In this document: piece after piece, positions 41,001 through 50,482 of the stretch
How the letters are laid out: every line of letters starts with the position of its first letter
Numbering within the stretch: position 1 is the first letter of the stretch
From: Thermodesulfobacteriota bacterium
Lineage (GTDB): Bacteria > Desulfobacterota_D > UBA1144 > Nemesobacterales > JAJCZQ01
NCBI GenBank assembly: GCA_965215275.1
Contig: OZ244044.1
Location: 1,408,001 to 1,472,000 of the forward strand
Reading direction: 5' to 3'
Length of the DNA stretch: 64,000 nucleotides
Program-made: the position numbers and the translations under genes
The notes under the pieces: model-generated
The model's database searches: none
Told to the model about the DNA's origin: nothing
Seen by the model: only the letters and a program-made list of their open reading frames with translations

Positions 41001-41254
41001 CTTATGAGATAGTTTCTCAAACGCGTCTTGCGTCTGTGGCGTCTTTCTATAACCCTTCTCATAAGACGCATATTGCGCCGCTTCTGATTTTTCGGAGTGG
41101 GTGTTTTATCTTCTACCGAACGGATAAATATGCGGCTTCCACAGTCAATTAGTTTTTCAGGTTTTCCATCTTGTTCCTCAACGACGCTCCAGCCGATGGA
41201 GTTCGTTCCCATGTCAATGCCCACCGAATACTCTTTCAGTTTGTTTTTTCCCAA
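38063..41254 (-). CDS. cas9: Type II-C Cas9 (1063 aa)
   Basis: RuvC-I GIDMGTNSIGW, Arg-rich bridge helix, IEMARD, HNH EVDHILPYSRTLDNSYMNKVL, RuvC-III HRHHAIDA; no csn2 or cas4 in the locus. Confidence 0.97.
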   Translation of the reverse strand: MGKNKLKEYSVGIDMGTNSIGWSVVEEQDGKPEKLIDCGSRIFIRSVEDKTPTPKNQKRRNMRLMRRVIERRHRRKTRLRNYLISKGFLPDTLKGKPSPEVELNELGDPYRIRAKALDEELSPYEFGRAILHMGTRRGFLSSRKTGFGDLREDTEVQEFLDREDEVDAAKPSDKEESDFKKDITELYEKMEEAGMRTVGEYLATLSRKRNRGKFHDRRTERKMYQDELDKIFAKQSSLNPNLYTKEIKEAIEKIIFFQRPIKWDRKTIGKCSLEPSRKRVHLGRLEFQQFRYWQDINNLSWFDFETGETDVKPTLEKKKLIAAALEKNESLTWAALKKKDLLDLKKKTKFNLEKVEGKNRKGIKGNTTACKIRKIIGDEWDSWNEEKQKQLVEDLISYKSKKGLKERLKNHWNFDLEKAVKLAVLELENGHGNLSLKAVNKILPYLKEGRVYHKESELTEEKGAVQLAGYEGITKPITANKDILREIPFIPNPIVTKALFEVRRVVNAIIKEYGKPNAIRIEMARDLEMNTERYKRYLQTQKDNTKANEEAEERYKEIREQNPHLSLRENINYEDKLKYRLWKESELKCSYSGKIIKLTTLWTHETEVDHILPYSRTLDNSYMNKVLCLAEENQKKGNRTPWEAFGETPQWDTIEGIITNDNYPAKKRKNIQAEEIDDDFINNQLSDARYIAKETGKYMRTLGCDVTFTKGGATGWLRHQWGLNSILGDTEKKERTDHRHHAIDATVIALTNRSLYKQIVHLASKADDASIPSEHGIEVPPPLDDIREGLGDAVKQMIVSHSTNRKLTGALHEETVYGIRKENGKTGIVVRKNLTDMTDKDLKNILCPVIKEGFETYVNMRGGLNTAQKKLEEDPFKHPKTGDIVRRARVWRTKEFYEQSYCQRKIENNAKILGVMIYGNNHHVEIIKNKKTGKFKGEVVTTMEVAKRIRIHKTPIVKNDHGEDWKLIMSLCINDMVSVQKDGQKFFYRVRKIDRGKNGECIKLLLRIHTDGRSDKDFKKLPLDEKKRLELAKSPSTLMAEYKVKKESLNAIGHLISKNLTPQ

Positions 41255-41315
41255 TTTCTCATTCCTGTAAAAAAGATTTGACTATATGTTTCAGTTCACA
41301 TAATATTATAACATT

Positions 41316-41433
41316 ATTGTGACTGACTGAAACCTGCACAGACATTTTGCTATTCATAACAAGAAGCAAATGTTTCGCAGGAAAGCCTTTCAAGGTACCT
41401 AATAGCCCTCACGCGTAGCTGGGGGCTTTTTTT
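41316..41433 (+). ncRNA. tracrRNA
   Basis: ATTGTGACTGACTGAAACCTGC...GCTATTCATAAC is complementary to the repeat; nexus-like GAAGCAAATGTTTC; terminator AGCCCTCA...TGGGGGCT followed by a T run; TTGACT upstream at 41278. Confidence 0.9.
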
Positions 41434-41502
41434 ATGTGCTTTTATAACGAACGAAAGTCCATACCAAACTGCCTTTTTTCCGTAGATCAAATATTTTAAG
41501 AT

Positions 41503-42330
41503 CTATACTCTGACCTTGTTCGTGTCTATCAGATCCCTTAACCCTTCTCCCAGAAGGTTGAATGAAAAAGTGGTTATAAAGATCGCCAGACTTGGAAACA
41601 GTATCAGATGTGGGAACGTTCTTATTCCTTGCCATCCCGTACTTGCCAGGGTTCCCCAGCTTGAATCCGGTGGTGCAATGCCAAGTCCGAGAAAACTGAG
41701 AGTCGATTCTGCAAGTATAGCGTAAGGTATGGAGAACGTTATTGTGACTATTATCGACCCGAGTATATTTGGCAGTATATGTCTGAAGAATATCTTCAGC
41801 GGTCTTGCTCCTAGTGCACGTGCTGATTCAACGTATTCATATGACTTGACCTGAATGACCCCGCCCCTTACTATCCTTGCCACTCTCATCCAGGAAGTGA
41901 AGCCAAGCGCAATAACGATCCCCAATGTACCCCTGCCTATCATTAAGGTTAGAAGGACTATTACCAGAATGTCCGGTAATGAATAAAATACCTCAACTAT
42001 TCTCATTAAAAGCTCGTCCGTTTTTCCTCCTATGTATCCTGATACGGCACCGTAAGCGGTTCCGACTATCAAGGCTATAAGAGCGGTTGCAAGAGCAACG
42101 ACCATTGACACTCGTGACCCATGGATTATACGGCTCAACATATCCCTTCCCTCTTGGTCGGTTCCCATTATATAATCCCAGCTAGGAGACTGCAGCATGA
42201 CGGAAAAGTTTGTTTCATCCTGTTCGTAGGGGGCGATATAGGGAGCGGCAACGGCAATAAGTAATATGATTAGAATAACGGCTGAAGAAATGGTGATCTG
42301 GACTTTTAATGAAGTTTTTTTACCTTTCAT
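41503..42330 (-). CDS. Peptide ABC transporter permease (OppC/DppC family)
   Basis: [30 protein letters not shown]. Confidence 0.9.
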   Translation of the reverse strand: MKGKKTSLKVQITISSAVILIILLIAVAAPYIAPYEQDETNFSVMLQSPSWDYIMGTDQEGRDMLSRIIHGSRVSMVVALATALIALIVGTAYGAVSGYIGGKTDELLMRIVEVFYSLPDILVIVLLTLMIGRGTLGIVIALGFTSWMRVARIVRGGVIQVKSYEYVESARALGARPLKIFFRHILPNILGSIIVTITFSIPYAILAESTLSFLGLGIAPPDSSWGTLASTGWQGIRTFPHLILFPSLAIFITTFSFNLLGEGLRDLIDTNKVRV

Positions 42331-42676
42331 ATTTTGTTCTGACTACAGTCTTGATCCCACCTCGGACGTTAAAATCTCCTGTCACTTCAGCTCTTAAAGG
42401 ATCAGCTGCCTTTACTATATCGTCCAGGACCTTGTTTGTTACGTGTTCGTGAAACTCTCCGGTGTCCCTGTATGAAAACATATAAAGCTTGAGGGATTTA
42501 AGTTCTATGCAGAGCCTGTCCGGGACGTACTTAATGTTTATTGTTGCAAAATCAGGCTGTCCCGTCTTTGGACAGATACAGGAAAATTCCGGACAGCTTA
42601 TATCAATTTCGTATTCTCTGCCCTGGTTTTTGTTCAGGAAAGTTTCAAGGATGTAAAACGGGTCTTTGTCGGTCAT
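42320..42676 (-). CDS. queF: PreQ1 synthase (7-cyano-7-deazaguanine reductase)
   Basis: [30 protein letters not shown]. Confidence 0.95.
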   Translation of the reverse strand: MTDKDPFYILETFLNKNQGREYEIDISCPEFSCICPKTGQPDFATINIKYVPDRLCIELKSLKLYMFSYRDTGEFHEHVTNKVLDDIVKAADPLRAEVTGDFNVRGGIKTVVRTKYER

Positions 42677-42678
42677 GA

Positions 42679-42858
42679 TCACGAATGAACTGATAGCTCA
42701 ATCTCGTAGCCACGTTTTACTTTCTTTACACGACCGGGAGAGTAGTTCCTGGTTACATATCTCATTCCTTGGCTGGCAAACTCTTTTAGCTTTTTGTCTG
42801 CCGTTTTTTTCAAGCCATCTTTTGACTTTGACGAAACGGTTATGGTTTTAGCTGGCAT
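42679..42858 (-). CDS. Small basic hypothetical protein (59 aa)
   Basis: Manual translation [65 protein letters not shown]; stop abuts the queF start. Confidence 0.6.
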   Translation of the reverse strand: MPAKTITVSSKSKDGLKKTADKKLKEFASQGMRYVTRNYSPGRVKKVKRGYEIELSVHS

Positions 42859-43038
42859 GGTCTTACCTCGTTAATAAAAGATTTTTTAAGATTTTATCAG
42901 AATTCTTACATCAATCAAAGAGATCAAGTAAAATCCGTATGTGAATGACAAGTTAGGCAGGTAGATTTATGTAACGTCAATTTGACTCAAAGATCATCAT
43001 TGTAATAATTAAGGCTAATAAAAACCCATATATTGGAA

Positions 43039-43112
43039 TGGGGCATCGTATAATGGCAGTACAGCGGACTCTGGATCCGCAAGTCTAGGTTCAAATCCTA
43101 GTGCCCCAGCCA
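43039..43112 (+). tRNA. tRNA-Gln (CTG)
   Basis: Cloverleaf; anticodon arm GCGGA-CTCTGGA-TCCGC, GGTTCAAATCC T arm, 3' CCA. Confidence 0.95.
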
Positions 43113-43151
43113 CCATTGAAAGTTAAGTTCTGTCTCTATAACGATCGTTTT

Positions 43152-43803
43152 ATGAATAAATACGTTGCTGAATTTATAGGTACGTTCTTTTTAGTTCTGA
43201 CCATTGGGCTGACCGTAATTGAACCGGGTGTTGGTCCTCTTTTCGCACCGCTGGCTATTGTGTCAGTGCTTATTGCCATGATCTATGCGGGCTTTCACGT
43301 TTCTGGAGCTCATTATAATCCAGCCGTTACACTTGCGGTATGGCTGAGGGGTAAGATCCCAGCTTCGCATGTTCCGGGATATATATTTGCGCATCTTTCC
43401 GCGTCGGCGGCTGCGGCCCATACTGACCATCTACTTCAAAGGCAGCGGGACAGCCACAGTATCAACTCCGGCAGCTCTACATGTTCTTATCGCGGAGTTT
43501 GTTTTTACGTTTGCTCTTTGTTACGTTGTGCTACATGTTGCAACGTCAAGGAGTGCAGCGGGTAATTCATATTATGGTGTTGCCATCGGACTTACCGTTT
43601 TGGCTGGTATATACGCAGTTGGAGAAATATCAGGAGGTGTATTCAATCCGGCCGTGGCATTAGGAATGTCCATATTGAACGTTTTGGACTTTAGCGACAT
43701 CTGGGTATTCCTTGTCGCTAATTTTGCAGGAGGTGCTGCCGCGGAACTTGTATTTACTTTACTCAATCCAGAAGATAGAATTAGTATAAAGGAGGGAAGA
43801 TAA
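43152..43803 (+). pseudogene. Aquaporin/MIP family gene, frameshifted near 43417-43419
   Basis: SGAHYNPAVT in one frame and GGVFNPAVA in another; one extra C in GCGGCCCATACTG. Confidence 0.8.
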
Positions 43804-44094
43804 ATGAGCATTGGAATAGCTGTAAAGGCAAAATTAAAACCTGAAATGGTTGAAGAGACAAAACAGTTCTTTATTGATAATATTGCAGATACCAGAAATT
43901 TTGAGGGATGTGAATGGGTTAATATGTTTTTGGATGAAGACGACCCGACCGTCATGTTCATAGTTGAAAGCTGGCAATCAAAGGAACATTATGAAAAGTA
44001 CCATCACTGGCGAGCAGAGAACGGTAGTTTAGATAAAATACGCAGCTTTCTGGCAGGTGGGGTTGAAAGGACCTTCGGGACTATAGTGGCATAA
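43804..44094 (+). CDS. Antibiotic-biosynthesis monooxygenase (ABM) family protein
   Basis: AKLKPE...TRNFEGC...FIVESWQSKEHYEKY; SD present. Confidence 0.8.
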   Translation: MSIGIAVKAKLKPEMVEETKQFFIDNIADTRNFEGCEWVNMFLDEDDPTVMFIVESWQSKEHYEKYHHWRAENGSLDKIRSFLAGGVERTFGTIVA

Positions 44095-44130
44095 GAACGG
44101 ACTGATATGTCTTTTGACAGTTTTTAGGGA

Positions 44131-44388
44131 CTATTTTTCATTGTTTTCATTGATTATATCAAATCCATCTCTGGATATTTGATAAATATCGCTGTCATCA
44201 GCAAATCTCGGGTCGCCTTCGATAAGTTCAATTAGGTTTTTCTTCACCAAGAGTTTAAACATGTCCCTGCCACTAAAATCTTTTGCAAGAAATAAAACGT
44301 TCTTCAGTTCCCCACGGTTTATTCTGTTACCGTAGGCGTAGCCTTTGATCAGTTCAAGTGCAGGTTTTATAAAGTTTTCAATACCCAT
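44131..44388 (-). CDS. Hypothetical protein (possible winged-helix)
   Basis: 85-aa ORF; LVKKNLIE...YQISRDG pattern. Confidence 0.5.
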   Translation of the reverse strand: MGIENFIKPALELIKGYAYGNRINRGELKNVLFLAKDFSGRDMFKLLVKKNLIELIEGDPRFADDSDIYQISRDGFDIINENNEK

Positions 44389-44520
44389 ATAGATCGAAAG
44401 TCGGAAGATAATTACTGGATTTTCCCTGTTTCCCCTATCTCCTAGATATTCCAGTGTTGGTCGTTCTGTTTATACGTCGTTTAAAGTGAAACTGTTAATA
44501 TCAACGAAGGAGTAACGGTC

Positions 44521-44934
44521 CTATTTTCGCGCTTTAAAATTGATCTTTGTCACTTCCGGACTTGACTCTGCTTTATTCTTTCCCACAGTGAATTTACATT
44601 CGTCAAGAATGGCACCATCTTCCACGCTGGCTGACTCAGCCTCGACCACGGAATTTCCTTTAATATTGGCAGTTTTGTGAACCTTTAAGACCTGGGTTTT
44701 GATCAGTCCTTCAACCGTTCCGAAGATTATTAACTTTGATGAACTTATATTTCCAATTATTTTGCCTGTTTCCCCAATTATAACGTTTTGTTCAACTTTT
44801 ATATTACCTTTTAAGAAACCCTCTATCCTGATCGACGACGATGAATTTATACTTCCTTCAAAAGAAGCCCCTTCGCTTAAAAGGGTTGTTACTTTGTCCT
44901 TGTTGTGCATTATTGTTTTACCTATATTAAACAT
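44521..44934 (-). CDS. Bactofilin (polymer-forming cytoskeletal protein)
   Basis: TLLSEGASFEGSI...IRIEG.LKGNI...VIIGETG; adjacent to an M23 peptidase. Confidence 0.85.
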   Translation of the reverse strand: MFNIGKTIMHNKDKVTTLLSEGASFEGSINSSSSIRIEGFLKGNIKVEQNVIIGETGKIIGNISSSKLIIFGTVEGLIKTQVLKVHKTANIKGNSVVEAESASVEDGAILDECKFTVGKNKAESSPEVTKINFKARK

Positions 44935-44955
44935 CTTATCTGTCCGTAAAATATA

Positions 44956-45846
44956 TTACCCCATGTCTATATATTTTTTAGGGTTGACCCTTTTACCGTT
45001 TTTTATGATCTCATAATGTAAATGGGGTCCGGTTGATCTGCCGGTTGATCCCACCTTACCGACCTCATCTCCGGATGAGACCTTTTGTCCTTTAACGACT
45101 TTTATTCTGGAAAGATGTGCGTACAGGGTTTTAAACCCATTTTTATGTTTTATAATAACGCACTTGCCGTAGCCTCCATATCGTCCTGCGACTTCAACAA
45201 TGCCGTCTGCAGTTGTTTTAACGGGAGTTCCCGTAGATGCGGAGAAATCTATGCCTGAATGGAAAGCCCTTTTTTTCTTGAAAGGGTCTATTCTGTATCC
45301 ATATAGGGATGTGACCGAACTGTCAACAGGGGCCCCTATCGGGTAGGAGCGAAGGGCTCTGATCGTATCTTCAGTACGCTTGCTTATCAGGTCCAGGTAT
45401 TTGTCATTTAGCCTGTCTGGATTATCCGGTTCAAGATAAAGTCCTCCGATAGAAAGTTCTTTACTTATTCCTTTTTTCTCCAATACTTTTTCCATATACA
45501 TTAATTTTTCTTCTATCTCTTGAAGTTTTTTAACCTTTTCCTTTAGTTCTATTACTTCTTTCTTTGCCAGATTTTCCTTACTGTTGGGATCGTTATCATC
45601 CTCACTGCTGCATGCATGGGCAGAACCTTTATACTTTTCGGGTTTTAAAATGTTAGTTATCAGAAAAGAAGAGTTGTTACTTGCAACGGAATTGTCCTGT
45701 GAAACATAGGAGTACAACCATATAGTGGAGAAAAATGTAATTACACTGAAACACACAAAAGAAAACAGGAGCGAGTTAAGATTAAAATGCCTGGAAGAAC
45801 CCTTTCCTTCGGAAATCAAGACAATTTTCATATTGTTTTTTAACAT
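44956..45846 (-). CDS. M23 family metallopeptidase
   Basis: HSGIDF, YAHLS, GSTGRSTGPHLHYE. Confidence 0.93.
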   Translation of the reverse strand: MLKNNMKIVLISEGKGSSRHFNLNSLLFSFVCFSVITFFSTIWLYSYVSQDNSVASNNSSFLITNILKPEKYKGSAHACSSEDDNDPNSKENLAKKEVIELKEKVKKLQEIEEKLMYMEKVLEKKGISKELSIGGLYLEPDNPDRLNDKYLDLISKRTEDTIRALRSYPIGAPVDSSVTSLYGYRIDPFKKKRAFHSGIDFSASTGTPVKTTADGIVEVAGRYGGYGKCVIIKHKNGFKTLYAHLSRIKVVKGQKVSSGDEVGKVGSTGRSTGPHLHYEIIKNGKRVNPKKYIDMG

Positions 45847-45939
45847 CTTTTACCCCTCTTTTTTATTCCAGATCTCGTGATTTCATAAAAACACTTGAAG
45901 TATGTTGAAATTATTTCATTTATAACTGTAAAATGCAAG

Positions 45940-46947
45940 TCAAATAAAGCTGTTAATCACTTTATTGAAAAAATTTCTTTCAAGCATAAATACCGAATTG
46001 GCGGTCCGGGAAGTTGATAAGAATTGATCTTTAGGGGATCCCATCTCACTTATATTTTTCAGTTTTTCAGCAATTACGCCCCACTCCCTCCCAATCCTGT
46101 CCATATGAGAAGCCAGTTTCAATTCTGAGATCAAAGGACATACGTCTTTCATTTCATCCAGGAAATCTCTGTACATCCACCTGAACCCCGCACCGTCGAC
46201 GCCGCGTTTACTGATGACCTGATAAGCAAACCTTGAGGCCCATTGCCAGTCGTCAAGGTCTTTCCAGTCTGGCAGGTCATCGGCCCATGACTTGATGACC
46301 GTTAAGCCGCTTTTACCACGTGAATTTTCAAAGCCATTGATCATAAGTTCGGCATTTTTCCTTATAGCCTCGGGTACGGTTTTTTTCAGATCTATGCTTT
46401 TACGGTCCAGGGTCACCTTTATGTTATTGTTATTGAGTGGATATGGCTGAATTTTTGAACTCCTTGCCATGGACAGCTTTTTAAATGAGACCTCTTTAAT
46501 ATCGCCGAACGAAGTATCTGAAAGGTAAAAGATATTTTTTTTATCGTCATATCCACAGACAACTACAATATGACCCGGAAAATGCGTACTTGAACCATAG
46601 TAATCAAGATAAAAGATATCGGTCTGTATCAATACGGGAACACCGTTGTTTATGCTTTCAATAAGTTCTTCCATTGCCTTGTCCGGATTTTCTTCATAAC
46701 TCCAGTCGCTGATCTCCATACCAAAATGATTAAGGAAATTTACCTCCATACCAGGACCTCTCAGATGTATCGATCTTGTGGGGCTGGAGTCTTCGTTGAC
46801 GTAGTAATAAAATCCAAGACCGCTTCCCAGTCCAAAGCACGTCTCTTCAGAGTATTGCGACCCGTAGAAATCCATTACGTCTCTGATCGCAACGGAACCG
46901 CAGTGTATTCCAGGCAGATGGTTCCAGTCTTTCAGTATTTTTTTCAT
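45940..46947 (-). CDS. BtrH N-terminal / DUF4872-like papain-fold protein
   Basis: GIHCGS, FGLGSGLGF, HFPGHIVVVCGYD, GAGFRWMY. Confidence 0.7.
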   Translation of the reverse strand: MKKILKDWNHLPGIHCGSVAIRDVMDFYGSQYSEETCFGLGSGLGFYYYVNEDSSPTRSIHLRGPGMEVNFLNHFGMEISDWSYEENPDKAMEELIESINNGVPVLIQTDIFYLDYYGSSTHFPGHIVVVCGYDDKKNIFYLSDTSFGDIKEVSFKKLSMARSSKIQPYPLNNNNIKVTLDRKSIDLKKTVPEAIRKNAELMINGFENSRGKSGLTVIKSWADDLPDWKDLDDWQWASRFAYQVISKRGVDGAGFRWMYRDFLDEMKDVCPLISELKLASHMDRIGREWGVIAEKLKNISEMGSPKDQFLSTSRTANSVFMLERNFFNKVINSFI

Positions 46948-47032
46948 AGGATTGCAGGACCTGCGGAGCAGTTCAGATCCGTAGTTTAAACAAGGAAGTA
47001 ATATACTTCAGTACCGAGAGCAATCAAAAAGC

Positions 47033-47623
47033 TTATTTTCTTTCAGGTTTATAAAACGCTGAGATTAAAGCTGTAAGAACGTTCAGAAATGCCCATAAAG
47101 ACAGTATTACGGCCGTTGTGGTCTTAAAATACACCCTTGGCATAATATAAAATAACGTATCCTGCCTTGTCAGTTTCCATAGATCGTTATCGAACAGAAC
47201 AGGATGAAAAATATCTCTCCAGAAGGTCTTGAAATTCGGCAGAACGATAAAAAAACAAAGGGCTATGATAAGGTTAACGACCGCGAATTTATAAAGTCCT
47301 GATATTTTTCTTCGGAGCATTGTCAGTACAGTGACCGCCAAAAAAGCAGCTATGAACATTATGTCTAAAATAGTCCTGACTTCGTTTAAATGTATTTTTT
47401 CATTTACTCTCCACTGATCGTTCAGTTCTTTCTTGTGCAGGAGAAAAGAGACAAGGTTATCTGCTGCATTTTCGACGTTATCAGACCCTAGGACTTCACA
47501 CCTGTTGTGAAAGCTGCATCCATATTGTATCCAGTGGGAACTGTAGGAAGTTAATGCAAACGGCACATAGAAGGTTAAGTAAAATAACGATATGAAAATA
47601 ATAAGGTTACTGACCGCTCTCAT
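47033..47623 (-). CDS. Integral membrane protein (DUF1461/TIGR01906-like)
   Basis: EKIHLNEVR, FHPVLFDNDLW. Confidence 0.7.
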   Translation of the reverse strand: MRAVSNLIIFISLFYLTFYVPFALTSYSSHWIQYGCSFHNRCEVLGSDNVENAADNLVSFLLHKKELNDQWRVNEKIHLNEVRTILDIMFIAAFLAVTVLTMLRRKISGLYKFAVVNLIIALCFFIVLPNFKTFWRDIFHPVLFDNDLWKLTRQDTLFYIMPRVYFKTTTAVILSLWAFLNVLTALISAFYKPERK

Positions 47624-47709
47624 TGTAACTGTCCTGGTAAAGAGATAAAGATCTGATTAACTTGAATTTTAGATAAAATACAAAAATGTAATATACTCGT
47701 CAGTATAAG

Positions 47710-48657
47710 ATGAGCAATGATAATATTTCGTTAGAGAAAATACTGAAGAGCAGCAAAAAGGCAATGTTAATAGGTATTGGCGGTGGGGGTGATATAGTGG
47801 GTACGATCCCCACGGCTGGTCTGTTGAGTATGTTTGGTGCTGATCACCTGCTAGGGGGACTTTCTTGGGAAAGACCATCGATCGACCCCGTACCTGGACC
47901 CAGAACGTTCGAAGAGACGATAAATGCAGATAAGCTGAACGATACGGTCTGGTATTGTAATAAGGATACAGGAACTTCCACGGGAGTTGCTTTTGCAGAA
48001 GCACTGGTATCGAAGGTACTTGGAGTTAAAACGCTTTTGATCGATATAAATTACGGACCTATGGCAACTGCTAAGGGAATAACTGATGCTGCAGAAAAGC
48101 TCGGTGTGGACTTGATCATAGGGATCGACGTTGGTGGTGATGCAATTGCAACGGGAAAAGAAAAAGGGATATTAAGTCCGTTGGCGGATTCAGTAATGAT
48201 CGCCTCGCTTTATGAGGTCAGTAAAAAGATAAGAACGATTATAGGTGTTTTCGGGTTTGGCAGTGACGGGGAACTGACGATCTCCGAACTTGAAAGTTCT
48301 GTTGGGCAAATTGCTGAACACGGCGGGATACTGGGCAGCTGGGGAATGACCTTGGATGTTGTGAGACTGATGGAAAAAGTGATAAAGGTAGTTCCGACTG
48401 AGGCAAGCAGGTCTCCCGTTCAGTATGCCAGGGGTGAATTTAAAAAAAACCGTATAAGAAGGGGTACACGGTCCGTTACGCTGAACTTTTCGTCAACGGT
48501 AACGATCTATATCGACCCGGTTGTATTGTTTGAAAAAATATCGGTGCTTGCAAGGCTGATAGCGAAATGCACAGGTATTGAAGAGGCAAACAGGTCCCTG
48601 CACGAATTTGGAATAAAATCCGAACTTGATCTGGAGAGGGAAAGGACCGTTATTTAG
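47710..48657 (+). CDS. DUF1152-family protein
   Basis: GIGGGGD, IDVGGD, SPLAD, GSDGEL. Confidence 0.7.
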   Translation: MSNDNISLEKILKSSKKAMLIGIGGGGDIVGTIPTAGLLSMFGADHLLGGLSWERPSIDPVPGPRTFEETINADKLNDTVWYCNKDTGTSTGVAFAEALVSKVLGVKTLLIDINYGPMATAKGITDAAEKLGVDLIIGIDVGGDAIATGKEKGILSPLADSVMIASLYEVSKKIRTIIGVFGFGSDGELTISELESSVGQIAEHGGILGSWGMTLDVVRLMEKVIKVVPTEASRSPVQYARGEFKKNRIRRGTRSVTLNFSSTVTIYIDPVVLFEKISVLARLIAKCTGIEEANRSLHEFGIKSELDLERERTVI

Positions 48658-48771
48658 AAAAAGCGTATCTGCGTTTTTAATTTTCTCTGACGTTCGGACC
48701 ATAGATGTTGATGTAGTTAAGACTTATTAGACCAGCTTTGGCACGCGAAAAAGCTGACATGATTTTCGTTA

Positions 48772-49167
48772 TTATTGATATAAATATTGCCTGATGGTGT
48801 TAAGTATTTCCTGAGAACGTGCCTTGTTCCCAAGCTTTCCTACCTTAACTCTCATTTCTGTATGATTTTCAGCTTTCCATTTTATAACTATTTTTACCGT
48901 TTTGCCTTTGGCATTCCGTGCTTTTACCGTTTCCTGAAAATACCATAGTGTCGATTGCTTGACAGATGTCACCGTGTAGCCAAGTTCATCCATACTTTTC
49001 AGCACTGCCTCCATGCATTGTTTATATGGTGCACCTTCATTGGAGATCAGGTCCCCATGTTTGTAAAGAACTACACCTGCAACCGTTCCACCAATAATTC
49101 CAGCGGCCAGACAGGATGACATCAGTACAGTGAGTGCTAATATCGGTAATATACTCAGTTTTTTCAT
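48772..49167 (-). CDS. Lipoprotein (DUF3568-like)
   Basis: Lipobox LMSSC then AAGIIGGTVAG; C-terminal RVKVG..G...S..IL. Confidence 0.65.
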   Translation of the reverse strand: MKKLSILPILALTVLMSSCLAAGIIGGTVAGVVLYKHGDLISNEGAPYKQCMEAVLKSMDELGYTVTSVKQSTLWYFQETVKARNAKGKTVKIVIKWKAENHTEMRVKVGKLGNKARSQEILNTIRQYLYQ

Positions 49168-49375
49168 GTAAATTACTTTATCAGACAGTTATTCTATATG
49201 AATGTTATTAAAATTTCATATAGAATAATCCTTGGCTGTTCGATTTAAGAAGCAAGCATAAAAACATACATAAAATGTCAGAAATAAAAAAGACGATATC
49301 TGATCGTCTGATGATCATCAGAACAATAAAACGGTCGTTCTTGCCGGAGCGATTAAGCTGCAGGATGGAAATTTT

Positions 49376-50482
49376 ATGAACTATAAAGACATATTTCAGG
49401 AGACCTATCTTAACAACAGCGTTGAACAGTGGCTTATTGCACTTGGAGTTTTGGTTGGTTTAAGCCTTGCACTGTTCACCCTTAACAGGCTGTTTATCAA
49501 ACGCTTTGAAAAAATTTCACGGAAGACCAATAACCAGCTTGATGATCTGGTCGTAAAACTTTTATCTAAAACCAACACTTTGATGCTTATAGTTGCTTCT
49601 CTTTACGTTGGTTCTCTTTTCTTAAATATCAATGAAAGCATGACGTCTGCAAGAAAGAGCATGGTGGTGATAGCCTTGCTCTTCCAGGTTGCATTTTGGT
49701 GTTCGGGCATAATTTCTTACTATACGAACAGACTGCTTAAAGAAGATGAGGGCAAGACTGGGAAAAAGATCACACATATAAAAGCAGTCAGCTTTGTTAT
49801 AGAGGTGTTGTTATGGGTGACCATTATACTTCTCATTGCAAACAATCTGGGGTTCAATATCACTACTTTGATAGCAGGTCTTGGAATTGGAGGTATAGCG
49901 ATAGCCCTGGCACTTCAGAGCATTCTTGGTGATATAATTGCGTCACTCTCAATAATTTTAGATAAACCATTTGAGATCGGTGATTACATAGTAATTGGCG
50001 ACTTGCAAGGGGACGTTGAGAACATAGGTTTAAAAACCACCAGGGTGAAGAGTCTCTCGGGTGAACAGCTGGTTTTTTCCAACAACGACTTGCTTCAAAG
50101 CAGGATAAAGAACTATAAAAAGATGACAGCACGCAGAGTAGTATTCACGCTTGGAGTCGTATATGACACTTCGTATGAAAAGCTGAAGCAGATCCCTCAA
50201 ATATTAAAAGATATTATTACTTCAGTGGATAAAGCGACATTTCTGCGTGCTCACTTCTTCTCCTATGGAGATTTTTCCCTGAACTTTGAAGTAGTTTACA
50301 ACGTTGACGACAATGAATATGGCCAGTATATGGAAGCACAGCAAAACATCAATCTTGCAATACTGAAAAAATTCAGAGAGGAAGGTATAGAGTTTGCCTA
50401 TCCAACTCAAAAGCTTCTTGTTGACAGGGCTGATAATAACGCAGAAATAAAAACCGAATTAAGGGAAAACAGCAGTGGCTAA
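49376..50482 (+). CDS. mscS: Small-conductance mechanosensitive channel
   Basis: AGLGIGGIAIALALQ, KPFEIGD, GDVENIGLKTT, GIEFAYPT. Confidence 0.9.
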   Translation: MNYKDIFQETYLNNSVEQWLIALGVLVGLSLALFTLNRLFIKRFEKISRKTNNQLDDLVVKLLSKTNTLMLIVASLYVGSLFLNINESMTSARKSMVVIALLFQVAFWCSGIISYYTNRLLKEDEGKTGKKITHIKAVSFVIEVLLWVTIILLIANNLGFNITTLIAGLGIGGIAIALALQSILGDIIASLSIILDKPFEIGDYIVIGDLQGDVENIGLKTTRVKSLSGEQLVFSNNDLLQSRIKNYKKMTARRVVFTLGVVYDTSYEKLKQIPQILKDIITSVDKATFLRAHFFSYGDFSLNFEVVYNVDDNEYGQYMEAQQNINLAILKKFREEGIEFAYPTQKLLVDRADNNAEIKTELRENSSG

